The notes beneath the pieces were generated by a model. That model saw nothing but the letters and a program-made list of their open reading frames with translations, was not told the origin of the DNA and made no database searches. 64,000 nucleotides of DNA. Source: the human T2T-CHM13v2.0 reference genome, Homo sapiens. Of this stretch, positions 40,673 through 54,127 are shown one piece after another (position 1 is the stretch's first letter; every line of letters starts with the position of its first letter). A program made the position numbers and the translations under genes. The stretch covers positions 17,568,001 through 17,632,000 of the forward strand of contig CP068257.2 of assembly GCA_009914755.4 (NCBI GenBank), read 5' to 3'.

Positions 40673-42060
40673 TCTTTTTTTTGGCAGATATTTTAACATT
40701 TAATGATATTAGTTCTATTTTCTTAATTGTCATACTTATCATCCATGGAATATTTTATTTTATTTTATTATTTCCATAGGTTATTAGGGGAACAAGTTGT
40801 GTTTGGCTTATGAGTAAGTTCATAAGTGGTGATTTGTGAGATTTTGGTGCATCCATCACCTGAGCAGTATACACTGTACCCTAGTTGTATGTAGTCTTTT
40901 ATCCCTGGCCGCCTTCCCCCCTTTTCCTCCTGAGTACCCAAAGTCGTTGTGTCTTTTTTTTTTCTTTTGAGACAGAGTTTCCCTCTTGTCACCCAAACTG
41001 GAGTGCAATGGCACCATCTTGGCTGACCGCAACCTTTGTCCTCTGGGTTCAAATGATTCTCCTGCCTCAGCCTCCTGAGTGGCTGGGATTACAGGCATGC
41101 ACCACCACGACTGGCTAATTTTGTATTTTTAGTAGAGACTGTGTCTTTCCATGTTGGTCAGGCTGGTCTTGAACTCCCGACCTCAGGTGATCCACCCACC
41201 TCGTCCTCCCAAAGTGCTGGGATTACCGGCGGGAGCTATGGCACCCAGCCTATTGTGTCATTGTTATGCCATTGCATCCTCATAGCTTAGCTCCCATGTA
41301 TGAGTGAGAATATATGATATTTGGTTTTCCATTCCTGAGTTACTTCACTTGAATAATAGTCTCCAATTTCATCCAGGTCACTGAGAATGTCATTAATTCG
41401 TTTCTTTTTCTGCCTAAGTAGTATTCTATCGAATATATATATACCACAGTTTCTTTATGCACTCATTGATTGTTGGGCATTTGGGTTGGCTCTGTTTTTG
41501 CAATTGTGAATTGTGCTGCTATATACATGGATGGGCAAGTATCTTTTTCATATAGTGACTTCTTTCCCTCTGGGTAGATACCCAGTAGTGGGATTGCTGG
41601 ATCAAATGGTAGTTTTACTTTTAGTCCTTTAAGCAATCTCTCCACGCTGTTTTCCACAGTGGTTGTTTGTTTACATTCCCATTAGCAGTGCAGAAGTGTT
41701 CCCTATTCACCTCATCCATGCCAACATCTACTATTTTTTGATTTTTTTGATTATGGCCATTCTAACAGAAGTAAGGTGATATCACACTGTGCTTTTGATT
41801 TGTGTTTCCCTGATCATTAGTGATGTTGCACATTCTTTCATATGTTTGTTGGCCATTTGTATATCTTCTTTTGAGAATTGTCTATTCATGTCCTTAGCCC
41901 ACTTTTTGATGGGATTGTTTGCCTTTTTCTTGTTGATTTGTTTGAGTTCATTGTAGAATCTGGATATTAGTCCTCTGTCAGGTGTATAGATTGTAAAGAT
42001 TTTTTCCCATTCTGTGGGTTGTCTGTTTACTTTGCTGACTGTCCCTTTTCCCACTCAAAA
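40673..42060 (-). mobile_element. L1 (L1PB/L1MA-age), minus orientation: poly-A (seen as T8 at 40673-40682), 3'UTR and ORF2 C-terminus (parental aa ~1010 to end). Interrupted by an Alu at 40954-41250.
   Basis: ORFs 41782..42054(-) ([90 protein letters not shown]) and 41463..41657(-) (...LKVKLPFDPAIPLLGIYP...) match the L1 ORF2p C-terminus ([82 protein letters not shown]...). Confidence 0.85.
40954..41250 (-). mobile_element. Alu (AluS-like), minus orientation, nested in the L1. Short TSD about ttgtgtc.
   Basis: (t)10cttttgagacagagtttccctcttgtcacccaaactggagtgcaatggcaccatcttggct...ggattaccggcgggagctatggcacccagcc. Confidence 0.9.
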
Positions 42061-43810
42061 GTTTCTAGCAACCGCAGTTAAAAAAGACAAAGTGGAACAT
42101 TATGTAATGATAAAAGGACTAGTCCAACAAGAAAATATCACAATCCTAGCCATACATGCACCTAACACTGGAGCTCCCAGATTTGTAAAACGATTACTAA
42201 TAGACCTAAGAAATGAGATAGACAGCAACACAGTAATAGCAGGGGACTTCAATACTCCACTGACAGCACTAGGCAGGTCATTAAGACAGAAACTCAAGAA
42301 AGAACAATGGATTTAAACTACACTCCGGAACAAATGGACTTAACACCTATATACAGAGCATTTTATCCAATAACCGCAGAATATACATTCTTTTCAACAG
42401 CATATGGCACTTTCTCTAAGATAGGTCATATGACAGGCCATAAAACAAGCCTCAATAAATTTAATAAAACTGAAATTATACCAAGCACTCTCTCAGACCA
42501 CAGTGTAATAAAGCTGGAAATCAACTCCAAAAGGAACCTTTGAAACTATGTAAATACATGGAAATTAAATAACCTTCTCATGAATGAACATTGGGTCAAA
42601 AATGAAATCAGGATGGAAATTAAAAAATTATTTGAACTTAATGACAATAGTGACACAACCTATCAAAACCTCTGGAACACAGCAAAAATGGCGCTAAGAG
42701 GAAAGTTTATAGCCCTAAACACCTACATAAAAGACTGTGAAAGAGCAAAAACAGACACTCTAAAGTCACACCTCAAGGAACTAGAGAAACAAGAACAAAC
42801 CAAATCCAGCAGAAGAAAGGAAATAACCAAGATCAGAGCAGAACTAAATAAAATTGAAATGAAAAATACAAAAGATAAATGAAACAAAAAGCTGATTCTT
42901 TGAAAAGATAAATAAAATTGGTAGACCATTAGCAAGATTAACCAAGAAAAAAAGAGAGAAAATCCAAATAAGCTCAATAAGAAATGAAACAGAGATATTA
43001 CAACTGACACCACAGAAATACAAAACATCATTCCAGACTACTATGAACACCTTTATGCGCATAAACTGAAAACCTAGAAGAGATAAATAAATTCCTGGAA
43101 AGATACAACCCTCCTAGCTTATATCATGAGGAACTAGATACCTTGTACAGACCAATAACAAGAAGCGACATTGAAATGGTAATTAAAAAATTACCAACAC
43201 GAAAAAGTCCAGGACCAGATGGATTCACAGCAGAATTCTATCAGACATTCAAGGAAGAGTTAGTACCAATTCTACTGATACTATTCCACAAGATAAAGAG
43301 GGAACCCTCCCTGAATTATCCTGTGAAGCCAGTATCATCCTAATACCAAAACCAGGAAAGGACATAACCAAAAAAAACAAACAAACAAACAAACAAAAAA
43401 AACTACAGGCTAAAATTCCTGATGAACATAGATCCTAAAATCCTTAGCAAAATACTAGGTAATCAAATCCAACAACATAAAAGACAATCCACCATGATAA
43501 AGTGGGTTTCATAGCAGGGATGCAAGGATGGTTTAACATGTGCAAGTCAGTAAATGTGATACACCACATAAACAGCATTAAAAACAAACATCATATGATG
43601 ATTTCATAGATGCAGAAAAAAATTCCACAAAATCCAGCATCCCTTTGTGATTAAAACTCTCAGTAAAATCAGAATACAAGGGAGATACCTTAATGTAATA
43701 AAAGCCATCTATGACAAACTCACAGCCAACAAAATACTGAATGGGGAAAAGTAGAAAGCATTCCCGCTGAGAACTGGAAAAACGGAAGAATGCCCATGGT
43801 ATGGGGTAAA
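42061..43810 (+). mobile_element. L1 ORF2 endonuclease-to-mid-RT segment (parental aa ~100-580) in plus orientation. It is inverted relative to the adjoining minus-strand L1 3' part. It has no poly-A of its own.
   Basis: ORFs 42014..42316 (...HYVMIKGLVQQENITILAIHAPNTGAPRFVKRLLIDLRNEIDSNTVIAGDFNTPLTALGRSLRQKL...) and 43143..43343 ([48 protein letters not shown]...) match the L1 ORF2p EN and RT N-terminal regions. The reading frame is broken by many stops. Confidence 0.85.
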
Positions 43811-45091
43811 TGGTAAGATTTACCCCAAACTCACCAGTAATGGTATGATCTTGGTAGAATCAGGAACACTTATTACATCATGCATTATATACATTAATCA
43901 GTAGAGTGTAAGATGCACATTTCTTCTATATTTTTGGAATATCAATTGCAACATCATGAACTATCATAAACTAGCACACACATTTTTTTCTCATATAGGT
44001 TCAGTGATGATTACTAAGTAGATATAATAATTTGGTTATTATTAGCTCTTCTGAGCAAATTTGTTAGGAATAGATCCTTAATTTCCATCTTCAAGCATAA
44101 TCATCTTATCAATGGCAAAACAACAACAGTGAAACTGACTTTACGGAGTTGGAATCTAGGTTCCAGCCAACTGAAGACCACAACCAATTCCACCCTACTC
44201 TGCTCCATTTAGCACAAATACAATACATCGAGTCCTGTAGAATTGTGTGAAAAAAAATGAGTAGTTTTGGAGCAGCCTGCCTCTGTACCTACCTACCTTA
44301 GCAAATAGCAGTAAATTACCACAGATTCATTATCAATGGTAGTAAATGGATCCACAGATCCATTCCCATTAATCACATTCTCCCCACTGATTTGCTTTAC
44401 AAAGGCTAAGAGAAGGTGGAGTCTTTGCCATTTGCAGAGATTGAGGGACTAGTACATAAGTGATTATTCATTTTTTGCCTTATTACTATTGTAGACAGAA
44501 AGACAGTATGTGCTTTACAAATTTAGTAGATTGAAAACTTGTTAGGTAAAAATCCAGTTAATTGTACACTAAATTAACACAGCTAGTTAAAACTCAGATG
44601 AAGTCCTTTTTTGAAGTCCTCCTACCTTTTGCTATCCTAGTTGTTGTCTTCTCTGTCCTTAGCTTTTTGTTCATGCACTTACTGTTACTTACATTATATT
44701 GTATGATAATTTATCTTCCTATATAGCTTTCCCTTTCACGAGACATTTAGTTCCTCTAAAATATCAATATGTCACAACCTAGCACATAAAAAGTAACCAG
44801 GGCATATTGACCAGTTTTGAGAGAATGAATAAATATGTATGTTAAGGATGATATCTCCAGTTCTAATAATTAACATTATCATTTTTCTTCAGTTGTGGGC
44901 TATTTATATGCATCAATGTGGCCAACTTCTTAATTATACGTCTGATTGCTTTGGGGGATAAATGCTTTCTGTGTCCCTAATTTTACATATTTGGACCTCC
45001 AAGGGGGTAATTAATGGCATCAACTCTATTATCGTGTCACAGATAACTGGTGTTCATGTTAAATTTTCTAGAGGAGACTTCTAAGAGAAGG

Positions 45092-45111
45092 TATATATAT
45101 ATATATATATA
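45092..45111. repeat. (TA)n microsatellite
   Basis: tatatatatatatatatata. Confidence 0.85.
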
Positions 45112-46416
45112 CTCATATATGCTTTTGAAATCACTTAATGAAGAGAGAACACGTTTATTATGAGAATTTTCCAAAACTAATAATTAGTGAAAGATAATGG
45201 ATGCAAGTATGTACATATACTACAAGTATTTGCAAGAATCTGAAATTTTGAATTTCATAGTATCAGCTCCTCATCACAAACTAAGATAAATATATAAGCA
45301 TATTCTGTGTCTTACCCAAATGTGTGCCAATTGTACGTAAGGTACAAAAACAGTTCTTGTGCATGGCTATATTTCCTAATGCTAATAATCTCTGAGAATC
45401 TCAATAGTAAAAGTGTTTATTGTAAGACCATCATTATATAAAGAAAAACAAAAAGAAACAAAGAAAAGAAAAGTAAGATACAGAAGCCATCCTTGTTATT
45501 TGAAAGAAGAAACAGAAATAAATCAACACCAAATAGTTCATACGCTGTAATATTAAGGAAAGTTGGGACTTGAATTTAAGTAGACAAATATAGTGTATTT
45601 CACTGTTCCTGAAAAAAGAGAAACAGAATATGATCTACATCTACTGCTTGCCATATGTCTCCACATTTCCCCTGATTTTTGGATAGTAAGCTAAATCTAA
45701 TAAGAAGAGCACAAAGAGGTAAATGACAAAGGTGAGCTAAAGCATTTGGCAGCATTTAAACAACATAATACAGGCTGTACTTACATCTGCCTTTGTGAAG
45801 ATAAAAGGATGTTGTACTGGAAAACCATTCTAATTTTAGTAACTACCTCTATAAAACTGCAAGCAAATAATTTGCAAACAGCAGATAGTTCCATGATTTG
45901 CTCTAGGAGCAACTGTGTCTTAAGCAACTGATTTCCTTTTTGGTTTTCCCTTAGCTCGAGAATCTTAATTGTTACAACTTTATGGGGAGTTTGGCCCTCA
46001 GTAGTTAAGATCATATTCATGCTTTTTTAGTTTGCTCTCTCTTAACACATTAAAATTGACCATTAAATTGTAGACAACATGTGACTTACAAGCCCTTTGA
46101 ATGTATAACTTAATGCAAGTATTGTGTTCTTATCATTTTGGTGTATAATAAATGACTTCATATGCTCTATACTTCATAAATAAAAGTACCTGGCTACTGC
46201 ACGTCTCCATCTAGGCTAAAGGGAAACTTGTATATTCCTTTCTTATTCATAACATGTAATACAACATCAGAAAATGTGACATAATGAAATCATAAAAATA
46301 GTCTTAGTGTAACAACATACACACTAAATGCCTCCTCAGCAAGCATTTTAGTTATTGCTATTTTCATTATTAGAATATTTAAAATTTAGCCATTTCTCAA
46401 ACTAATCTGCAGTTTT

Positions 46417-46436
46417 ATATATATATATATATATAC
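46417..46436. repeat. (TA)n microsatellite
   Basis: tatatatatatatatatata. Confidence 0.85.
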
Positions 46437-49400
46437 TACAGTTCCTTGATAATTTTATCCATCTTTGAACTTCACCATTTCATATACACATATGCCAAAA
46501 TTATGTATATACATATATGTACATATATGATACATAGTTATATATAATTTAACAAAAATATAATTTTGAAGTTTGAAATAAGAAGAGGTTAATATATTTT
46601 AAAATAGGTGGGATCATCAGATAGATACATCTACAGATATTCACATAAGCAAAATATCTTTCATAGCTATTCCAAGACAGTTATTATGTTGTACAGCTTG
46701 GATGTAGAAGTGTGTGGCACAAAATAAAGAGAACAAATTATGAGATAAGATACGTATTTCATTATAAGGATAATAATTTTATTGTAAACTTGCTAATATG
46801 TATTATACTATAGCAATTACCTAAATGTACATGTATGTCATTAAAATAACTATGACATTTTAAGCATTTCTATTAAATAACATTCCAAAGTTAGAGTTAA
46901 TGAGTAATTTACACTAATCCTATAAATACAGAATAAATAGTAGTCCATATTAATAAAAGGATATAATCAATATTGTTCTCTAGATTTGAATAATAAAATA
47001 TGAACATAAGATTGTCTTCCAGTGAAACATTCAACCTTGTCTCTGCCTCTCCTCCAGGAATTTCATGTCTCTCCTTTCCTATGAATACTCAAGATTTTTA
47101 AAGACTAAGCTATACACAGCCACCTCCTTAATATCATATACTGATAGTAGAGAGTAAATTTATTTGGATCCTGATTCGCCATATTCACTGAAGTTGAATA
47201 AACATATATCCATTTAGCCAATGGTTCTACTTATAGATGGATTTCATCTGTTCACTTTTTTTCTTATATTTTTTCCTAACTTTTAAAACAAGTTTTTGGA
47301 TTGCAAGCTACTTTTGGATGGGTCTTATTAGGATTTGATCACACCATTTATATTAATAACGTAGCACATCAACTGACACATAATGAGAACTGAATAAATG
47401 TAATTCTTTTTTATTCTGGGCCTAAATATTGTTTAAATAAGCAGGGAAAAACTAAAGTTGAATTTTTAAAAATAATTCTTTGGTTTTACTGTTATGATAA
47501 TTTTCCACATGGGATAGGCTGGTATTTAGCTCCTACTCAGGACTGGTCTTCTTTGGGCAAGTTTTCACATTAGTTTATCACTTTTGTAATCACTATTTAT
47601 GCACAAAGTTGCAACGATATTACGATTGTCTCTTCAGAGTGAGAATTTTGATAAAGTCTAATAAAAACCCATACTTCCTCTGAGATTTTCAGAAAATCCA
47701 CTATGATATTCCCTTTATGCCTGCTGGTTCTGGATAGTGTATTTGACTTAGTATGGCCCCAGCAGAGACTATTATGAGACTTTTATTTGTTGCTTGTGGA
47801 AAAAGCTCTTTTTTGTGCACGATGATCAGTATGTATATGAGCCCAAGACTGTTGAAGAAAATTTGCTAAAGTAAGAAATAAAGGAAAGATGAAGGATGCA
47901 GAGCTCAGAGATCTGGAGAGAAAGAAAAGCCTTGGGTTCTTATTAAATAATGTAACTGAAGCCTGGCCAGTCTACTGACTTTTAATTTACCGAACTTCAT
48001 AAATTCTCTTTTTAATTTTAGTCAGTTTTATATTTTTTCAAACAATCATGCCCCCTTAATTGTGAAGTCTGATCCACGTTATATAATGTGTTGAATATCT
48101 CAAAATATGGAAAATATGAATATACATCCTCCAAACTTCTGAGTTACTGCTACAATTCCCATTTTTTTTTAATGTGAGTAAACTCATCCCTGGAGTAGTT
48201 ATATGAATTTTCTCAAAGTAGTTGTTCACTGTTGAATACCAAATTTGACACAAAAACAGTCTCCAGTCTTATATAATTTTAATTTTTATAAGAGAGACAA
48301 CCTCATGAAAAACACCAATACACACTTTGTGTTGTGTGGATTATGACGCCAAAATAATCACTACCATTCTGAACTCTGTAATCTCCCTCACCTATTAATT
48401 TGGCTATTTCTTGCCCAATTTTAGACAATATTCTTTCTTCATAAAATGATTTCATATCAGTTAGACCTAGATCCTGCTCATTTTCCCAAAATTTTCTTTA
48501 TTTTTATTTTGTTTTGTTGGTCCAGCTACATCAATTTTTCATTCAAAAATACATGTAGACAAAATTGTAACTAAAAGGTCATCAATTTTAATGACTAATT
48601 TGGCAAAAACTGATATCTTACAAAAATTGCCTTAAGCTCCAGAGTCTGCACTAGATTGAGAATTAGTGTTAGCCAAGGACACTGCTAGAGAGGAGATGGG
48701 TGAATGGGCACTGAGATGATGGCTAAGGCCCAAAGCACACTGTTCTTGCCTTACTGCCAGGGGGATATTGACAAGCTTGACAAGAACAAGTGCATGGACA
48801 AAAACAGAAGGCAGTGGTGAAGGCAGCGGTGGCTGCTACATCAGTAAAGCTCTTGGCTTATTATTAGTCGGCCAGCTGTTAAACTATTTTCTTTCAACTC
48901 TAAACCTGATGATCTATACCCTACTTTTTGATGCCAGGGATGGGACTTTGCAAACTGTCTTTCTTCTTTGCCAGCTGGCTTCTCCTTAGGTTATGCAAAT
49001 AGAGAACAATGGAGAGAGTTTGGAGGGACAGGAGGCAGGAGGAGGGACAGGAGCTTTCTCCTTCCTGTCTGCATTCTTCTCTTGTCAGTGGCTCTTCAGA
49101 AGCACTCTTCACTCTGGCAGTGGCAGTTGGCTTTATTATCTAGCTTATTTTGGTCTTTTCAATATCAGCCTTACTACTCCCCTTCAGAAGTCTGGACTGT
49201 AGCTGTCAGCTCAGAAGTAAGACTCCCAGATGCATAGGACACTCTACGCTGCTGAGGTGCAGCTATATCTTGGACAAACGTGCCCAGGGGTTATTGATAT
49301 GATTCTTATTTCTTGATAACATTTTCCATCAAGTTTTAATTCTACTTCTAGTTGAACACATACACACACATACACACATGCATACATAATACATACAGGT

Positions 49401-49469
49401 GATCTTCAAATATGTCACTTTGTTCAATGTCATCTTATTATAATGTTGAAGAGAAAAGAAATTGATTCC

Positions 49470-49750
49470 CAGCTGGAGCTACAGTGTGTGTGGAGTTTGC
49501 ATGTTCTTCCCATGTCTGTGCAGGTTTGCTCTGCGTATTCTGGCTTCCTCCCACTTTCCAAAGATGTGCATATCAGGTTCATTGGAGTGTGTACATTGTG
49601 CCATAACAATGTAGGATGAGTGAGTCTGGGTGTGGGTGTGAGGGCACCTGCCATGGGATGGAGTTCTGACCTGCACTTGTTACTGCCTTGCATCCTGAGC
49701 TGTCCAGATACGCTCTGGCCACCTGCGACCTTGAGCTAGAATACATGAAT
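49470..49750. other. Relatively GC-rich (~51%) segment that resembles an ancient vertebrate repeat or conserved non-coding element. It has block-wise similarity to a sequence I recall as abundant in teleost genomes.
   Basis: Window: tgcatgttcttcccatgtctgtgcaggtttgctctgcgtattctggcttcctcccactttccaaagatgtgcat...ccacctgcgaccttgagctagaataca. Recalled teleost element: tgcatgttctccccgtgtctgcgtgggtttcctccgggtgctccggtttcctcccacagtccaaagacatgcag...cccccgcgaccctgaactggataagcgg. The comparison is from memory only. Confidence 0.3.
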
Positions 49751-49994
49751 AAATCATGATCTTAATTTGTATTTATCTGTCTTAAATGTATGTACAGGTT
49801 ACATTCATTTTAATGTTTAATATTAGTAGTGTTTTGTTATCTATTTAGAAGTGTATAGATGTTTTTGTGACTACAAGTATGCCAAGGGAACTTAGCCCTT
49901 GATTATATCAATTAGCCTATGAAAAAAATTGGTTTTGTTATATGCTGTTTTGCTTGAAATCAAAGTTCTCGTATCTATTGTAGAGGTTGTGAGG

Positions 49995-50270
49995 ATTTAC
50001 TATATATATATGTAAATATGATATATTTTGCATAATATATGTATTATATAATATAAACTAAATATATTAATATAAACTATATAATATATAAAATTATAAA
50101 ATATATTATATTTCATATAATTTTAATTGTAATGCATAATTATATGAAATACAATTATAATTAAATATAACGTGTAAATATTATATATTATATACTTCTA
50201 ATAATTATATAATATAAAATATATTGTATATATGAATACAATATATTTTATGTATGTGTGCACATATTAA
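49995..50270. repeat. AT-rich low-complexity block made of (TA)n-, TATAA- and AATAT-type degenerate repeats
   Basis: Seen directly. About 90% A+T over ~275 bp. Confidence 0.85.
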
Positions 50271-50274
50271 TACA

Positions 50275-50590
50275 TGTATTAGTCCATTCAGGCTGCCACA
50301 ACAAAATAGTTTAGATTGGGAAGCTCAGATATTACAGAAATGTATTTCTCACAGTTCTCGAGGCTAGAAAATCCTAGGTAAGTTGCCGGCAGATTTGATG
50401 TCTGGTGAGGGCCTTCTTGCTTCATAGATAGAGGTCTTCTCACTGTAACCTCACATGGCAGAAGGGACAAATGAGTTCCCTTGGACTCTTTATGAGGACT
50501 CCATATCCATGACCTAATCTTTTCCCCGAAAGCCTTCACTCCAAAGATCATCACTTCGGGGTTAAGATTTTAACATATGAATTTTGAGGA
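50275..50590. mobile_element. MaLR/ERVL-like LTR repeat ('tattagtccattcaggctgc...tttctcacagttctggaggct...catatgaattttgggg' family; subfamily not assigned)
   Basis: tgtattagtccattcaggctgccacaacaaaatagtttagattgggaagctcagatattacagaaatgtatttctcacagttctcgaggct...cacatggcagaagggacaaatgag...aacatatgaattttgagg. As read on the + strand it is antiparallel to the THE1 copies. Confidence 0.55.
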
Positions 50591-50599
50591 GAAAGAAGT

Positions 50600-50920
50600 A
50601 TTCAGAATATTCAAGTAACATATGTATGTATAAATTCAAATAAATATCATGTGCACACACACAATATATATAAACATATATGTTTATACATATATTTATA
50701 TATAAATATATAGACATATATATAAATATATAGACATATATATTTATAGATATAGCATGTTCATATTTATTTGAATTTATATATAAATATAAACTTTATT
50801 CACATTTGAATATTTACATTTATTTGTTCATAGTATTTACTTGAATAATACTTGAATTCAATTATTTTTTATATGTGTACATATATATATAGTGTGTGTG
50901 TTCATAATATTTATTTGAAT
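50600..50920. repeat. AT-rich low-complexity block with internal tandem repeats (a 21-bp unit tatataaatatatagacatata x2 at about 50697-50745) and dispersed 'atatttatttgaattt' repeats
   Basis: Seen directly. Confidence 0.85.
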
Positions 50921-52131
50921 TTTTTTCATGCTGTTTAGACCCTCTATTATATTTGAACTAAGGTTAAGAATCAATGTTTTTCAGTTTAATTTGTAGCTAT
51001 AGTATACTTAACATATAGCCCACAAGAATTTTGAACCATAGAAGAACTTAATATGTTTTCAGAAGTTTTCATGGATAAGACAAATAATATGACAGAAATG
51101 AGAAAATGCAGCCACAGGAAATTTTCTTAAACATTGTATTCCAAAGCATGAAGAACATTTCTAATGATGACATAGGTTATCCAGAGAACGGCCAAAAGAA
51201 AATTCAAACTACAAGAATAACATCCACTTACTAGCCTTCTATTTTGGAAATTATATTATTATATAAACCAGTGCCAAGTAAAATAGAATTATATATATTT
51301 TATTAGGTACAGTTGTGTGAGTTTTATTTAGACTTTCCAACATAATTTTATAAGTTGCAGTCATTTTTCAACCTAAGGAATAATACAATAAATACAACTA
51401 AAGTTCTTGAAGGGATAGAGTTATCTTATGAATAGAATTTATATGTATCATTGTAGACAAATAAATTAAGCTAATGATCTAGCATTGGACTGATGAGGGG
51501 AATTAAACGCAATAATCAAGGGTGTAGAATTAATATGCAGAGTTGCTGTCTATCTGAAATGTCTAAGAGGTAGGATTTGTGTCTTTTTTATATTCCCCAT
51601 AGCAGTCTTATATGTATAAAACAAAGCAATGACTTCCTCTGTCGCACCAGCTGTATGTACCCCTTGATGTTATAAAAGAGATTGGCTTATCATCTAAGGC
51701 CCTTTCATGATTAATGAGAGAGGGAAAGAAAATGAGCTAATGATTTAAAAATAAAACGGTGGTTTAAGGTAAAAATAAAATTTTACATCAGGAAAAAGGG
51801 AATGAATTGTCCCAGGGGAATGAAATACCAATGATTTCTCCCACTATACTGAGTATTAAATTCATAAAGACATACACTGCTGGTCAGGTGATATGCTAGT
51901 TGCTCAATGGTTTTACTTTCACTGGTTACCATCTTCAGAAGACACATGGATATGACAAGGATAAATATGGATTCATACACACACGCACTGATAAAACTTC
52001 AGAGTTTATTGAACATAATAATTCAGCAGCACAACTCTGTCAACAACTACATCCAAAAAGACACAAGTAATTTTGTCCAGGCTATCAAGACATGAAGAGA
52101 ATGTAAGAAAAAAAAAGGAAAAACAGAAGTT

Positions 52132-52140
52132 TCCAACCAA

Positions 52141-52192
<52 letters not shown>
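52132..52192. repeat. (AC)n microsatellite, about 30 perfect units
   Basis: Seen directly. It produces the mirror ORFs 52006..52209(-) and 52073..52276(+) with poly-CV and poly-HT, which are artefacts. Confidence 0.95.
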
Positions 52193-52197
<5 letters not shown>

Positions 52198-53209
52198 TTC
52201 TACCATCAAAAGCTTTGAACTAGAACTAGGCAGCGATTTCCTGATTAATGGGCTGTGTAATGAAAGAGATGCTTGAGGGTGACCTTTTCCAATCTATATA
52301 ACACGAACTGTAGTCACTTAGGTGCCCCACAGAAGTGTTTTCAGGGCAAAACGTTTTCAGAAAAAAAAAGTATTCTTTATGAAAGAACTAGACTATTGTC
52401 TCGGTAATTTTTAAGAGATACTATACCAGTTCATTTTAAATATTATATAATTTTAAATAAGTACTAAAAATATGCTATGTTATTTAATCTTTAAAAAACC
52501 ATAAACTTTATTTTTAAAAGTTTAAATAATAAAAAAGGGAAAAATATATGGGAAGAAATGTTTGAATTGCAGATTTACATGTTCTTATTTTTTTCGGTAC
52601 AGAATCAATTGTATTTTACCTTTCTTAAGATGAAGATAGAAAGGGATGTTGACTGACATACAATAGCAGGTAATCAGAGATATCCAGAAAATTTTATCAA
52701 TAACAAAAATTTTGACAATAAGACTTTTTTTCCAACAAAACTATTAAGAGTAATTTTACATTTATAGGTAATTTTCAAACTCCTCCATCATCAATTATCT
52801 ATATCGCACCTAACACCATGGTCTTCTCAATGCTCCCCAATGCCACCTACAGGCACAAAAAACAGACTTAAAAAGGACATTAAGAAATTGATATGATTAG
52901 AAATCATTCTTATTTTAAAGTTTTTTTCCTTAATTCTTTTGTATCAGAAAAAAAAGCAAGTCTTTCTTTGTCATCCATTGGCTAGAAGCCTTCAAAATTT
53001 TGAAAGCAAATACAATTTCTAAGAATGCCAGGAGAAAATAAGGCTTTGAATCTATAGAGTAAATAAGAAAGCGCCACAGCCTACTTTCTGGAAGTATGTT
53101 CTAGGCTGAATTGCGTCCTCCAAATACTGACATTCAAATCCCAAATAACTCATAATGTGACCTTGTTTTGAAATAGGGCCATTGTACATGTAATTGTCAA
53201 GTCCATTAG

Positions 53210-53615
<406 letters not shown>

Positions 53616-54127
53616 TAATGTGTTTAAAAGCCAAGGAATGCCAAACTGCCAGCATATCTCAAAAAGCAAAGAGGAAGAACTGGAACAGATTTTTTCCTAG
53701 TGCCTTTAAACAGAGAATGGCCCTGCCAACATCTTGACCTCAGGCTTCTAGCCTCCAGAACTGTGAAACAATACACTTGTGTTGCTTAAGCCAGTAAATT
53801 TATCGTACTTTGTCACAGCATCCCTAGGCAACCAATACAAAGTGTGATGTCATGGAGGTCACCTGCCTCTGCTGAGTGCAGACAGCAAGGGTTCTCTTTT
53901 GATGGCACTAAAACACACACAACCTTCATGCCAATCATATTCAGTATCCTGTGGGGCAAGAAAGCTAAGCGATCTTAACATAGTAAGACTAAATTTAATA
54001 TTCCATACCCATTAGATTAGACTTTATTAGAAACAATGTAAAAATAACTAAGTATAAAAAACAAATTCAGAGCATAAGTAGGAATTAAATCAGTAATATT
54101 AAATTAGTCTGCTTAAGAGAAAAAATG

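Noticed and set aside
41463-43343. ORFs with L1 ORF2p similarity (41463..41657(-), 41782..42054(-), 42014..42316(+), 43143..43343(+))
   Set aside because: These are fragments of a decayed, rearranged L1. Many stops and frameshifts separate them, and no intact ORF1 or ORF2 is present. I annotated them as parts of mobile elements, not as CDS.
52006-52276. Mirror ORFs containing poly-(CV) and poly-(HT)
   Set aside because: They are translation of the (AC)30 microsatellite on the two strands.
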